From contig JBEPZY010000003.1 in assembly GCA_041640595.1 (NCBI GenBank), forward strand, positions 540,342 to 604,341: a stretch of 64,000 nt of DNA, in the 5' to 3' direction. Below, piece after piece: positions 9,101 through 18,193 of this stretch; position 1 is the stretch's first letter; each line of letters begins with the position of its first letter. The position numbers were made by a program, and so were the translations under genes. The notes under the pieces were generated by a model. That model was not told the DNA's origin. It did no database searches and saw only the letters and a list, made by a program, of their open reading frames with translations. The DNA is from Gemmatales bacterium. Lineage in GTDB: Bacteria; Planctomycetota; Planctomycetia; Gemmatales; HRBIN36.

Positions 9101-12100
9101 ATGCGCCAATGGCTGCTCAACGTCTGGCGGATGTGTCTGGGTCTAGTCGAAGTGCCAGCCAAAGTGCGGCGGTCACGTGAACGAGCGCAGCTGCGCTTCG
9201 AGCAACTTGAAGATCGCACCGTGCCCGCTACGTTCCTGGTACGGGACATTCTTGGCGGCAGTTCCGGATCGGGTCCTACTGAGTTCGTCAACGTCAACGG
9301 CACGCTGTTTTTCGTAGCCGACGATGGCACAGGCACAAACGGGCACGGCAAAGAACTCTGGAAGAGCGATGGCACGTCCACCGGCACCGTGCTGGTCGCG
9401 GACATCCGGCCGGGCCCGGCTAGCTCCGGTCCTCGCTATCTCACCAACGTCAACGGCACGCTGTTTTTCGTAGCCGACGATGGCACAGGCACAAACGGGC
9501 ACGGCAAAGAACTCTGGAAGAGCGATGGCACGTCCACCGGCACCGTGCTGGTCAAGGACATCTATTCGGGCGCGTATAGCTCCAATCCCGACTGGCTCAC
9601 CAACGTCAACGGCACGCTGTTTTTCAGAGCCACGGAGGCCTTTTTCCTCACCGGCACCGAACTCTGGAAGAGCGATGGCACGTCCACCGGCACCGTGCTG
9701 GTCAAGGACATCCAGCCGTTCCCGTATGGCTCCTATCCTTCGCAGCTCACCAACGTCAACGGCACGCTGTTTTTCCAGGCCAACGACGGCACAAAGGGCT
9801 ACGAACTGTGGAAGAGCGATGGCACGTCCACCGGCACCGTGCTGGTCGCGGACATCCGGCCGGGCCCGGCTAGCTCCGGTCCTCGCTATCTCACCAACGT
9901 CAACGGCACGCTGTTTTTCGTCGCCAACGATGGCACCAACGGCATCGAACTCTGGAAGAGCGATGGCACGTCCACCGGCACCGTGCTGGTCGCGGACATC
10001 CGGCCGGGCGCGTATAGCTCCAATCCCGACTGGCTCACCAACGTCAACGGCACGCTGTTTTTCGCAGCCAACGATGGCACCAACGGCATCGAGCTCTGGA
10101 AGAGCGATGGCACGTCCAGCGGCACCGTGCTGGTCAAGGACATCCGGACCGACATTTCGTATTATGGCTCTTATGGCTCCGATCCTATCCGTCTCAGCAA
10201 CGTCAACGGCACGCTGTTTTTCGCAGCCAACGATGGCACCAACGGCACCGAGCTCTGGAAGAGCGATGGCACGTCCAGCGGCACCGTGCTGGTCAAGGAC
10301 ATCGATCCGAGCGCGTTTGGCTCCTATCCTGGCTATCTCACCAACGTCAACGGCACGCTGTTTTTCGTCGCCAATGATGGCACAAGCGGCACCGAGCTCT
10401 GGAAGAGCGATGGCACGTCCACCGGCACCGTGCTGGTCGCGGACATCCGGCCGGGCTCGCCTGGCTCCTTATTTTCTTATCCCTCTCTCACCAACGTCAA
10501 CGGCACGCTGTTTTTCGGGGCCGACGATGGCACGAACGGCGTGGAACTCTGGGCCACTGACGAATGGCCTCCGACGATTACCAGCGTGACGGGGCCGGCT
10601 CCCGGCACCTACATCGTCGGCCAGAACCTCGATTTCACGGTGGTGTTCAGCGAGGCGGTGGCAGTTACCGGCACGCCGCGGCTGGTGCTGACCATCGGCA
10701 GTACGACCCGCTACGCCACGTATCTGAGCGGCTCGGGTACGAGCACACTGGTCTTCCGCTACACGGTGCAATCGGGCGACCTGGACAGCGATGGCATTGC
10801 CGTTGCTTCACCGATTGACCTCAACGGTGGGACGATCAAGGATACCAACGGCAACGATGCGGTGCTGACTTTCACGCCGCCGAACACCAGTGGCGTGCTG
10901 GTGGACGGTGTGGCTCCGACGATTACCAGCGTGAGCGGCCCGGCTGCCGGCACGTACATCGTCGGGCAGAACCTCGATTTCACCGTGCAGTTCGACGACA
11001 CGGTGGTAGTGGACACGACTGGTGGTACGCCGCGGCTTGAACTGACCATCGGCAGCGCGACTCAATATGCCACGTATCTGAGCGGCTCGGGCACGAGCAC
11101 GCTGGTCTTCCGCTACACGGTGCAGGTGGGCGACCTGGACAGCGATGGCATTGCTGTTGCATCGCCGATTGACCTCAACGGCGGGACGATCAAGGATACC
11201 AACGGCAACGATGCGGTGCTGACTTTCACGCCGCCGAACACCAGTGGCGTGCTGGTGGACGGTGTGGCTCCGACGATTACCAGCGTTACGGGGCCGGCTG
11301 CCGCCACCTACATCGTCGGGCAGCACCTCGATTTCACCGTGCAGTTCAGTGAAGCGGTGGCAGTTACCGGTACGCCGCGGCTGGTGCTGACCATCGGCAG
11401 CACGACACGCTATGCCACCTACGTCTCCGGCAGCGGCTCGGCAAGTCTGCTCTTCCGCTACACGGTGCAAGCCGGTGATGAGGACACCGATGGCATTGCC
11501 GTTGCATCGCCGATTGACCTCAACGGCGGGACGATCAAAGATGTTCCGGGCAACGACGCGGGGCTGAGTTTCACGCCGCCCGACACCAGTGGCGTACTGG
11601 TGGTCCGTGTTCCCGCGATTACCAGCGTGACCGGGCCGGCTGCCGCCACCTACATCGTCGGGCAGGACCTCGATTTCACCGTGCAGTTCGACGAGACGGT
11701 GGTAGTGGACACGACCGGTGGCACGCCGCGGCTGCAACTGACTATCGGCAGCACCACTCGCTTTGCCATGTATGTTTCCGGCAGCGGTTCGGCGAATCTC
11801 GTGTTCCGCTACACGGTGCAATCGGACGACCTGGACAGCGATGGCATTGCCGTTGCATCGCCGATTGACCTCAACGGCGGGACGATCAAGGATACCAACG
11901 GCAACGATGCGGTGCTGAGTTTCACGCCGCCGGATACCAGTAGCGTGCTGGTGGACGGTGTGGCTCCGGCGATTACCAGCGTGACCGGGCCGGCTGCCGG
12001 CACCTACATCGTCGGGCAGCACCTCGATTTCACGGTGCTATTCAGCGACGTGGTGGCAGTTACCGGCACGCCGCGGCTGGTGCTGACCATCGGCAGCACG

Positions 12101-13369
12101 ACTCGCTTTGCCACGTATGTTTCCGGCAGCGGTTCGGCAAGTCTGCTGTTCCGCTACACGGTGCAATCGGGCGACCTGGACAGCGATGGCATTGCTGTTG
12201 CATCGCCGATTGACCTCAACGGCGGCACTATCCGAGACCTCCCGGGCAATAATGCAGTGCTGACTTTCACGCCGCCCGTTACCAGTGGCGTACTGGTGGA
12301 CGGTGTGGCTCCGGCGATTACCAGTGTAAGCGGGCCGGCTGCCGGCACCTACATCGTCGGCCAGCACCTCGATTTCACGGTGCTATTCAGCGACGTGGTG
12401 GCAGTTACCGGCACGCCGCGGCTGCAACTGACCATCGGCAGCACGACTGGCTTTGCCACGTATGTTTCCGGCAGCGGTTCGGCAAGTCTGCTGTTCCGCT
12501 ACACGGTGCAATCGGGCGACCTGGACAGCGATGGCATTGCCGTTGCATCGCCGATTGACCTCAACGGCGGGACGATCAAGGATACCAACGGCAACGATGC
12601 GGTGCTGAGTTTCACGCCGCCGAACACCAGTGGCGTGCTGGTGGACGGTGTGGCTCCGGCGGTTGTCCAGGTTACCCCGCCGGCGAATGGAGCTTACAGG
12701 GCCGGACAAGTGCTGGATGTGCTGGTCAGGTTCAGTGAGCCGGTCATCGTCGGTACGACGCCCAGTGCCAAGCCGTATGTGCGGTTGCGAATCGGCTCAG
12801 TCATCCGCAACGTCCCGCTCCACAGCCAGCCTAATGCCGTGACCCTGCGTTTCCGTTACACCGTGCAGACCGGCGACCTGGACACCGACGGCATCGAAAT
12901 CCTTTCGCCGGTCATCCGTCCCCCGGGCACGTTCATCCGCGACGCCAATGGGAACAATGCCATCACGACCTTCACCAATCCGAGCACGCCGAACGTGAAA
13001 GTGGATGCGGTGGCCCCGACGATTGTGCTGGTAACACCGCCGGCCAACGGGCATTACGTAACCGGCCAGGTGCTGGACATCCTGGTCAAATTCAGCGAAC
13101 CGGTCAATGTCGGTACCACCAGCACCGCCAAACCATTTATCCGGCTGCGTATCGGCAGTGTGATCCGCAATGCCGTTTTCCACAGCCAACCGAACTCGAC
13201 AACGCTGCGGTTCCGCTATGTGATTCAGCCCTCCGACCACGACACGAACGGGATAGAGATACTCTCGCCGATTATGCGGCCAGCGGGCACGTTCATCCGC
13301 GACCTGGCCGGCAACGACGCGATCGTGAGCTTCGTCCCGCCGAGCACGTCCGGCGTTCTGGTGAACTAG
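9101..13369 (+). CDS. Large extracellular protein: planctomycete LExR motif, 9 ELWxxDGT-type repeats, 8 tandem Ig-like repeats (about 115-120 aa)
   Basis: AAAGGAG RBS; 'LRFEQLEDRTVPA'; 9x NVNGTLFF, 8x ELWKSDGT plus ELWATD; 8x 'P.I/V..V..P...Y..GQ.L...FRY.V' units. Confidence 0.92.
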   Translation: MRQWLLNVWRMCLGLVEVPAKVRRSRERAQLRFEQLEDRTVPATFLVRDILGGSSGSGPTEFVNVNGTLFFVADDGTGTNGHGKELWKSDGTSTGTVLVADIRPGPASSGPRYLTNVNGTLFFVADDGTGTNGHGKELWKSDGTSTGTVLVKDIYSGAYSSNPDWLTNVNGTLFFRATEAFFLTGTELWKSDGTSTGTVLVKDIQPFPYGSYPSQLTNVNGTLFFQANDGTKGYELWKSDGTSTGTVLVADIRPGPASSGPRYLTNVNGTLFFVANDGTNGIELWKSDGTSTGTVLVADIRPGAYSSNPDWLTNVNGTLFFAANDGTNGIELWKSDGTSSGTVLVKDIRTDISYYGSYGSDPIRLSNVNGTLFFAANDGTNGTELWKSDGTSSGTVLVKDIDPSAFGSYPGYLTNVNGTLFFVANDGTSGTELWKSDGTSTGTVLVADIRPGSPGSLFSYPSLTNVNGTLFFGADDGTNGVELWATDEWPPTITSVTGPAPGTYIVGQNLDFTVVFSEAVAVTGTPRLVLTIGSTTRYATYLSGSGTSTLVFRYTVQSGDLDSDGIAVASPIDLNGGTIKDTNGNDAVLTFTPPNTSGVLVDGVAPTITSVSGPAAGTYIVGQNLDFTVQFDDTVVVDTTGGTPRLELTIGSATQYATYLSGSGTSTLVFRYTVQVGDLDSDGIAVASPIDLNGGTIKDTNGNDAVLTFTPPNTSGVLVDGVAPTITSVTGPAAATYIVGQHLDFTVQFSEAVAVTGTPRLVLTIGSTTRYATYVSGSGSASLLFRYTVQAGDEDTDGIAVASPIDLNGGTIKDVPGNDAGLSFTPPDTSGVLVVRVPAITSVTGPAAATYIVGQDLDFTVQFDETVVVDTTGGTPRLQLTIGSTTRFAMYVSGSGSANLVFRYTVQSDDLDSDGIAVASPIDLNGGTIKDTNGNDAVLSFTPPDTSSVLVDGVAPAITSVTGPAAGTYIVGQHLDFTVLFSDVVAVTGTPRLVLTIGSTTRFATYVSGSGSASLLFRYTVQSGDLDSDGIAVASPIDLNGGTIRDLPGNNAVLTFTPPVTSGVLVDGVAPAITSVSGPAAGTYIVGQHLDFTVLFSDVVAVTGTPRLQLTIGSTTGFATYVSGSGSASLLFRYTVQSGDLDSDGIAVASPIDLNGGTIKDTNGNDAVLSFTPPNTSGVLVDGVAPAVVQVTPPANGAYRAGQVLDVLVRFSEPVIVGTTPSAKPYVRLRIGSVIRNVPLHSQPNAVTLRFRYTVQTGDLDTDGIEILSPVIRPPGTFIRDANGNNAITTFTNPSTPNVKVDAVAPTIVLVTPPANGHYVTGQVLDILVKFSEPVNVGTTSTAKPFIRLRIGSVIRNAVFHSQPNSTTLRFRYVIQPSDHDTNGIEILSPIMRPAGTFIRDLAGNDAIVSFVPPSTSGVLVN

Positions 13370-13532
13370 CGAACCGATTGAGGGCTTAGCCAGACGTCGT
13401 ACATCCACGCCGCGCCTGCATTGGCGCTGGATACAACCCCGTGGTCTGGCGCCGCGGATGATTCACTTCTTATAGCTCTGCGGACAATTCGCCTTTTGTG
13501 ACTCACGGCCGCCTTGCCGGCGTCCGTGTCGT

Positions 13533-13652
13533 ACCACGGCGGGCTGACGTATGCCGCTCTTTTTCCTGCGGCGCATGGTCGCCGAACAGTGTGTGATTTC
13601 CGCGGCACAGCGCTCGGTTCAGCGAACCACGGCTGGCTGACGCCCGCCGCTC
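13533..13652. repeat. Two degenerate REP-like palindromes
   Basis: ACCACGGCGGGCTGACGTATGCCGCTC (13533) and ACCACGGCTGGCTGACGCCCGCCGCTC (13626); their consensus is the hairpin CGGCGGGC-TGAC-GCCCGCCG. Confidence 0.55.
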
Positions 13653-13689
13653 CTGGTTGTCGGCTCGGTCGCCTCCGAACAATGCTACT

Positions 13690-13798
13690 GCGCTTAGCAC
13701 ACATCGTACGTATCACACACCACGGGCGCGACCGGACCTCCGGTAAACGGCGGAGGTAACTGGCGCTTAGCGCACATCGTTCGTATCACAAAACACGG
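13690..13798. repeat. Repeat-spacer-repeat unit, 36+37, period 73
   Basis: GCGCTTAGCACACATCGTACGTATCACACACCACGG vs GCGCTTAGCGCACATCGTTCGTATCACAAAACACGG, 4 mismatches. Confidence 0.88.
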
Positions 13799-13814
13799 CG
13801 GATTAACGTCGGCC

Positions 13815-14135
13815 GCTCACGGTTGGCGCGGTCGGTTTCGCCCATGCGCGGTGCGTGGCTGTCGCTGGTTGGCTAGCTGACACTGGTCGATCGCGGTTGT
13901 CGCGGTCGGTACCGCCGATGCGCCGTGCGTGGCTGTCCCTGGTTGGCTAGCTGACACTGGTCGCTCACGGTTGTTGCGGTTGGTACCGCCGATGCGCCGT
14001 GCACGGCTGTCGCTGGTTGGCTAGCTGACACTGGTCGATCGCGGTTGTTGCGGTTGGTTTCGCCCATGCGCCGTGCGCGACTGTAGCCGCTTGGCTAGCT
14101 GAGACTGGTCGCTGCAGGTTGGCGCGGCCGGTTCC
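13815..14135. repeat. Non-coding tandem repeat, 74-bp unit x about 4.3
   Basis: GGCTAGCTGA(C/G)ACTGGTCG recurs at 13871, 13945, 14019, 14093; the whole unit is similar and not a multiple of 3. Confidence 0.93.
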
Positions 14136-14212
14136 GTGGTGGTCGAGCCGGAAATCAGTGTGGCCAGTACAATAATTGTCGTGGCAGCGAAAGGAGCCGG
14201 CGAGACGAATCC

Positions 14213-15043
14213 ATGAGCCGACCTGCGGTTGATTCTTCTGTCTCCAGCAGCCGAACGCGCGCCATGACTGTCCCGGAATTTGTGGCGGCAAAGGCACGGG
14301 GCCAGCGTTTGGTGCTGGTGACGGCTTACGATTACACGCAAGCGCGGCTGGTGGATGAAGCGGGTGTGGACGCGGTGCTGGTCGGCGATTCCCTGGGCAT
14401 GGTGGTGCAGGGATTGCCCGACGTGCTGGGCGTCACGCTCGAGGAAATGATCTACCACACGCGGTGCGTATCCCGCGGCCTGAAACGTGCCTTACTGATT
14501 GCGGACATGCCCTTCCTGACGTATCAGGTGAGTCCGGAGCAAGCGGTGCTCAATGCCGGGCGATTGATCAAAGAAGGAGGAGCCCACGCGGTGAAACTGG
14601 AAGGCGGGGTGCGCAGCCGGGAAACCATCGCCGCGCTGGTGCGAGCGGATATTCCGGTGATGGGGCACATTGGTCTGACGCCACAATCGGTGCGACGGTT
14701 AGGTGGATTTCGCGTGCAACGCAGCCGCGAACAGCTTTTGCAAGATGCACAAGCTGTGGTGGAGGCGGGGGCGTTTGCCGTGGTGATCGAATGCGTCCCC
14801 TCCGACATTGCCAGCGCCATTACCGCCAGCGTCCCCGTGCCTACCATCGGAATCGGTGCGGGTGCCGGTTGCGACGGACAAATTTTGGTGTTACATGATC
14901 TACTGGGTCTGTATCCGGACCTGCGGCCGCGCTTCGTCAAGCGGTACGGTGAACTGGGCGAGCAAACGATTGCCGCAGTTCGCCGTTTCGCCGAAGAGGT
15001 GCGCCAGGGAACTTTTCCGTCGCCCGAATACGAGGTGAAATGA
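14213..15043 (+). CDS. panB: 3-methyl-2-oxobutanoate hydroxymethyltransferase
   Basis: TAYDY, LVGDSLGMV, ADMPF, VKLEGG, GHIGLTPQS, IGIGAG..CDGQILV. Confidence 0.97.
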   Translation: MSRPAVDSSVSSSRTRAMTVPEFVAAKARGQRLVLVTAYDYTQARLVDEAGVDAVLVGDSLGMVVQGLPDVLGVTLEEMIYHTRCVSRGLKRALLIADMPFLTYQVSPEQAVLNAGRLIKEGGAHAVKLEGGVRSRETIAALVRADIPVMGHIGLTPQSVRRLGGFRVQRSREQLLQDAQAVVEAGAFAVVIECVPSDIASAITASVPVPTIGIGAGAGCDGQILVLHDLLGLYPDLRPRFVKRYGELGEQTIAAVRRFAEEVRQGTFPSPEYEVK

Positions 15044-15126
15044 AATCCCGCTGAGTCTGCCCGAATCGCTAGAACATTAATGCGACAAGGGGCTACGCCT
15101 GCCATCAACTGTGAGGCTATAGCATC

Positions 15127-15675
15127 ATGCGTATTGCTTTAGGCAGTGACCATCGCGGCTACGAGAAACGGCTGCGGATTCTCGAGTACCTGCGTACCGG
15201 CGGACACGAGGTTCTGGATCTCGGTGTCTTTGTGCGGGAAGCCTGCGACTATCCCGATTTCGCCTTCGAGGTGGCGCTGGCAGTCAGTCAGGGCCGGGCC
15301 GATCGCGGCATCCTGGTATGCGGCACGGGTATCGGTATGTGCATCGCGGCCAATAAGGTTCCGGGCGTGCGGGCTGCACTGTGCTACGACGTGATCACCG
15401 CCGAAATGAGCCGACGTCATAACGACGCCAACATCCTTTGCCTGTCCGGCGACCTGCTCGGCGACGAAGTCGTGCAGCGGATGGTCAAGGTCTGGCTGGA
15501 AACGGAGTTTGAAGGGGGCAGACACAGCCGACGTCTGGAAAAAATCGCCCGCTTTGAAAGCGCCCACTTGTCGCCCGCCAGTCCGGGAAACCCACCCAAT
15601 TCCCAGTACACAAACGGCCCGACTCAGCCGCACCGCTGGCCCAAGGATATCCGACCGGCTATTCCGCCAGAATAA
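15127..15675 (+). CDS. rpiB: Ribose-5-phosphate isomerase B
   Basis: IALGSDHRG, DYPDFA, CGTGIGMCIAANKVPGVRAA, HNDAN, FEGGRHSRR. Confidence 0.95.
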   Translation: MRIALGSDHRGYEKRLRILEYLRTGGHEVLDLGVFVREACDYPDFAFEVALAVSQGRADRGILVCGTGIGMCIAANKVPGVRAALCYDVITAEMSRRHNDANILCLSGDLLGDEVVQRMVKVWLETEFEGGRHSRRLEKIARFESAHLSPASPGNPPNSQYTNGPTQPHRWPKDIRPAIPPE

Positions 15676-15703
15676 CCCCCATACTGATGCCGGTCCTCCC
15701 GCG

Positions 15704-15790
15704 TCCCCAATCCCTGATTCCGAACCTCTAATCCTTGGTTCCCTGATGCCCGATTCCCAATCTCCCTAATTGCTGATGCCCGATTCCTGA
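15704..15790. repeat. Short (about 7-8 nt) degenerate tandem repeats between convergent genes
   Basis: TCCCCAA/TCCCTGA/TTCCCTGA/TGCCCGA/TTCCCAA/TGCCCGA/TTCCTGA series. Confidence 0.55.
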
Positions 15791-15807
15791 GCTCCAACCA
15801 CGCCCGC

Positions 15808-17745
15808 TCAATAGTCCAGAATCAGCAGCCGGTCTAAACACACGCGATAAATTCGGTTCGGCACCCCAACCATCCACCAGGCCGACGGAAGATTGTCCAC
15901 CAGGCCTAGACAGGTCGGCGGCTGCTGAGTATTGCTCACATCGTAAATGCCAATCTTGCGGTGATAGCTCCCCACGAAGAGCCGGTTGCCGTCACTCCAG
16001 ACCTGGCAATAATGGCCGGTGAGGTGCAAGTCCTTCTCCGGATCGAAGCGGCGGACGATACGCGGATTTTGAGGATTGGAGACATCCACTTCGACGACCA
16101 GTCCGCGAGGCCGTCGGCCATCTGCTCGTTCTGCCCAGCCCAGGTACAGGTGTTTGTCCAGGAAAGCCATGCTGATGACGCGATGCCCGAGTGGCAAAGC
16201 CAGCTGGCCGAGCAACTCCGGCTTCTCCGGCTCGGCCAGGCGGATGACGTAGAGCCGACCCTGACCATCGCTGTCGGCAAATTGCCCCAAATAGAGATAC
16301 CCGTCGCGGTAGGCGATCTGGTAACCGCTGGCCGGTAACCGCTGGCTGAGCTTCCGCGGTTGATCGGATTGACGCACGTCGAAAATGTCGCCGCCGCTGC
16401 TGTACAAATAGTTCCCCACACGCACTAAGCCGTAGGCACGACTCACATCGGGAACGACGCTGACCAGCCGGGGTTTGCTCGGCTCTTGAATATCCAGGGT
16501 GAACAATGCACTGAAACCTGGACGGGGACGCGAAATGTCAGCCTGGAAATAAACGTAGCGCTCGTCGGCGCTGCTGGCCATTTGTCCCCATACCCGCAAG
16601 CCGTGATGGAAATAGCCCAGAAGCTGCGGTTTTGCAGCCTCGCGGATGTCCACCAGGAAAACGCTGCCTGAGAGATTCTGCCCCAGGGCCAGCAAACGCC
16701 GTTTCGGCAACAGCACCGCCGCCGACAATTCTCCACCCTGGCGATCACCGGCCACGAGCTGGATTCGTTTCGGCTCGCGGGCATCGAACACTCGTAACCC
16801 GAACGCGGCATCGCTGGCGAAAACGTAACCGTCTTTGCAAGCGAGAGTGGTGATATCCGAAATAGCATCTTCCACCCAGGCATGTCCGAGCAGACGCGGA
16901 TTCCGCCAGTCCCGCACGTCCAAAACAGCCACTCCGGTCTGCGCCTGCTCGAAAGGTCCCCGCCCGAATAACCGGGGGAGATCGCGGCGAATCCCCACGT
17001 AAAGCCGATCCCCTTCCATCGCCACGGCTGAACCACGCAAGGCAAATGGCCAATCGTCCTGCTGCATCACTCGGCCGACGAGTTTCGGCTTCGCGGGTTC
17101 CGTGACGTCGTAAACCTGAACGGCAGCCGCTTTGCCAGCTACAAAAAGCCATTTCCCGTCCAGAGCTACGGGCACGCCGTGTTCGAGCTCGGCTAACAGT
17201 TTGGGATTCTGCGGCTGAGCGATGTCATAAATAGCCGTCGTTTGCCGCTCCGTACCATAGTAAAGCACGTTCTCCCAGGCACAACTGATGTAGGTGAAAT
17301 TGGGATGAACACGGAAAGTTTGCCGGCTGACGTGGCGTAACGGCGGTCCAATGCTGGCATCGGTGACCAATTTCGGATGAGCTGGGTCGCGGAGGTCGAA
17401 AAATCCTTCGCCATTGCCATGCACCGTCCAGAGCCAGCCCGGAGCGATGAGGCGGCAACGCATTGGCCAGCCCGGTGCCGGTAAATGGCGCACCACCCGA
17501 GGCTCGCTCGGTTTGCCAATGTCGTACACCACCAGCGGGTGGGTGCTTTCGTTGAGCACCAGATACAAATAGTCGCCATGCCGGGCCAGTCCGGAAGCAT
17601 TGCCGTTAACCAGAAACACCTCGCCGCGCTGCTGGAAAACAATTTGCCCAGGGCCCTTCTGATCGCCAATCGCCAGGCAGCAGGCCGCCAGGCTTACGGT
17701 CAGCACGACCGTTACGCTCTGCACAATCCGCCTGAACATACGCAT
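15808..17745 (-). CDS. Secreted LVIVD-repeat beta-propeller protein
   Basis: Signal peptide; many 'vvyDi..P..P.lv' units (YDIGKPSEPRVV, YDIAQPQNPKLL, VDVSNPQNPRIV). Confidence 0.8.
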   Translation of the reverse strand: MRMFRRIVQSVTVVLTVSLAACCLAIGDQKGPGQIVFQQRGEVFLVNGNASGLARHGDYLYLVLNESTHPLVVYDIGKPSEPRVVRHLPAPGWPMRCRLIAPGWLWTVHGNGEGFFDLRDPAHPKLVTDASIGPPLRHVSRQTFRVHPNFTYISCAWENVLYYGTERQTTAIYDIAQPQNPKLLAELEHGVPVALDGKWLFVAGKAAAVQVYDVTEPAKPKLVGRVMQQDDWPFALRGSAVAMEGDRLYVGIRRDLPRLFGRGPFEQAQTGVAVLDVRDWRNPRLLGHAWVEDAISDITTLACKDGYVFASDAAFGLRVFDAREPKRIQLVAGDRQGGELSAAVLLPKRRLLALGQNLSGSVFLVDIREAAKPQLLGYFHHGLRVWGQMASSADERYVYFQADISRPRPGFSALFTLDIQEPSKPRLVSVVPDVSRAYGLVRVGNYLYSSGGDIFDVRQSDQPRKLSQRLPASGYQIAYRDGYLYLGQFADSDGQGRLYVIRLAEPEKPELLGQLALPLGHRVISMAFLDKHLYLGWAERADGRRPRGLVVEVDVSNPQNPRIVRRFDPEKDLHLTGHYCQVWSDGNRLFVGSYHRKIGIYDVSNTQQPPTCLGLVDNLPSAWWMVGVPNRIYRVCLDRLLILDY

Positions 17746-17932
17746 ACCTCCATCGCCGATGCAGGTTTCCCGAAGTTAGAGTGCGGACGGAGCGAAAAAG
17801 TTCCAGACCCGGCTGAGGTTTTGCCGATACGGTTTCCAGTTACCTGATCGCTGGTGGCCAGGGTCAGCGTCCATAGCAGGGAGTACCTCGCCCTTTCGGC
17901 AGGACTGGCCCGAGGCTTTCACGGAGGGAAGC

Positions 17933-18154
17933 ATGCCAACCTATTTACGCATTTATCCCCATCGCCGCGACGAACACCAGGCGGTTCAGGAACCTTCCGT
18001 GCGTGTGCGTCTGGGCGATCTTTTCCCGCTACTGGTGCAGGCCCACCGAGGCAACTATCTCTGGCTCAACGATTTCGAGGACGACGAGGTCATCATTACT
18101 CCCGACCTGTACGATGTGCTGCGGGCCTTCCGCGCCTATCGTCCCTCGGCGTAA
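17933..18154 (+). CDS. Small hypothetical protein (73 aa)
   Basis: GGAGG RBS, protein-like composition ('WLNDFEDDEVIITPDLYDVL'), directly upstream of hemW. Confidence 0.7.
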   Translation: MPTYLRIYPHRRDEHQAVQEPSVRVRLGDLFPLLVQAHRGNYLWLNDFEDDEVIITPDLYDVLRAFRAYRPSA

Positions 18155-18193
18155 TGCTGGCGGCCCGGTTTCCCAACTGCGTACAATGTTGGT

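Noticed and set aside
9270..10560. Diversity-generating retroelement target
   Set aside because: No reverse transcriptase or template repeat was seen. The loop variation includes indels and block swaps rather than adenine-specific substitutions.
13815..14135. Canonical CRISPR array
   Set aside because: The entire 74-bp unit is repeated, so there are no unique spacers, and no cas genes are in the window. The same applies to 20539-20799.
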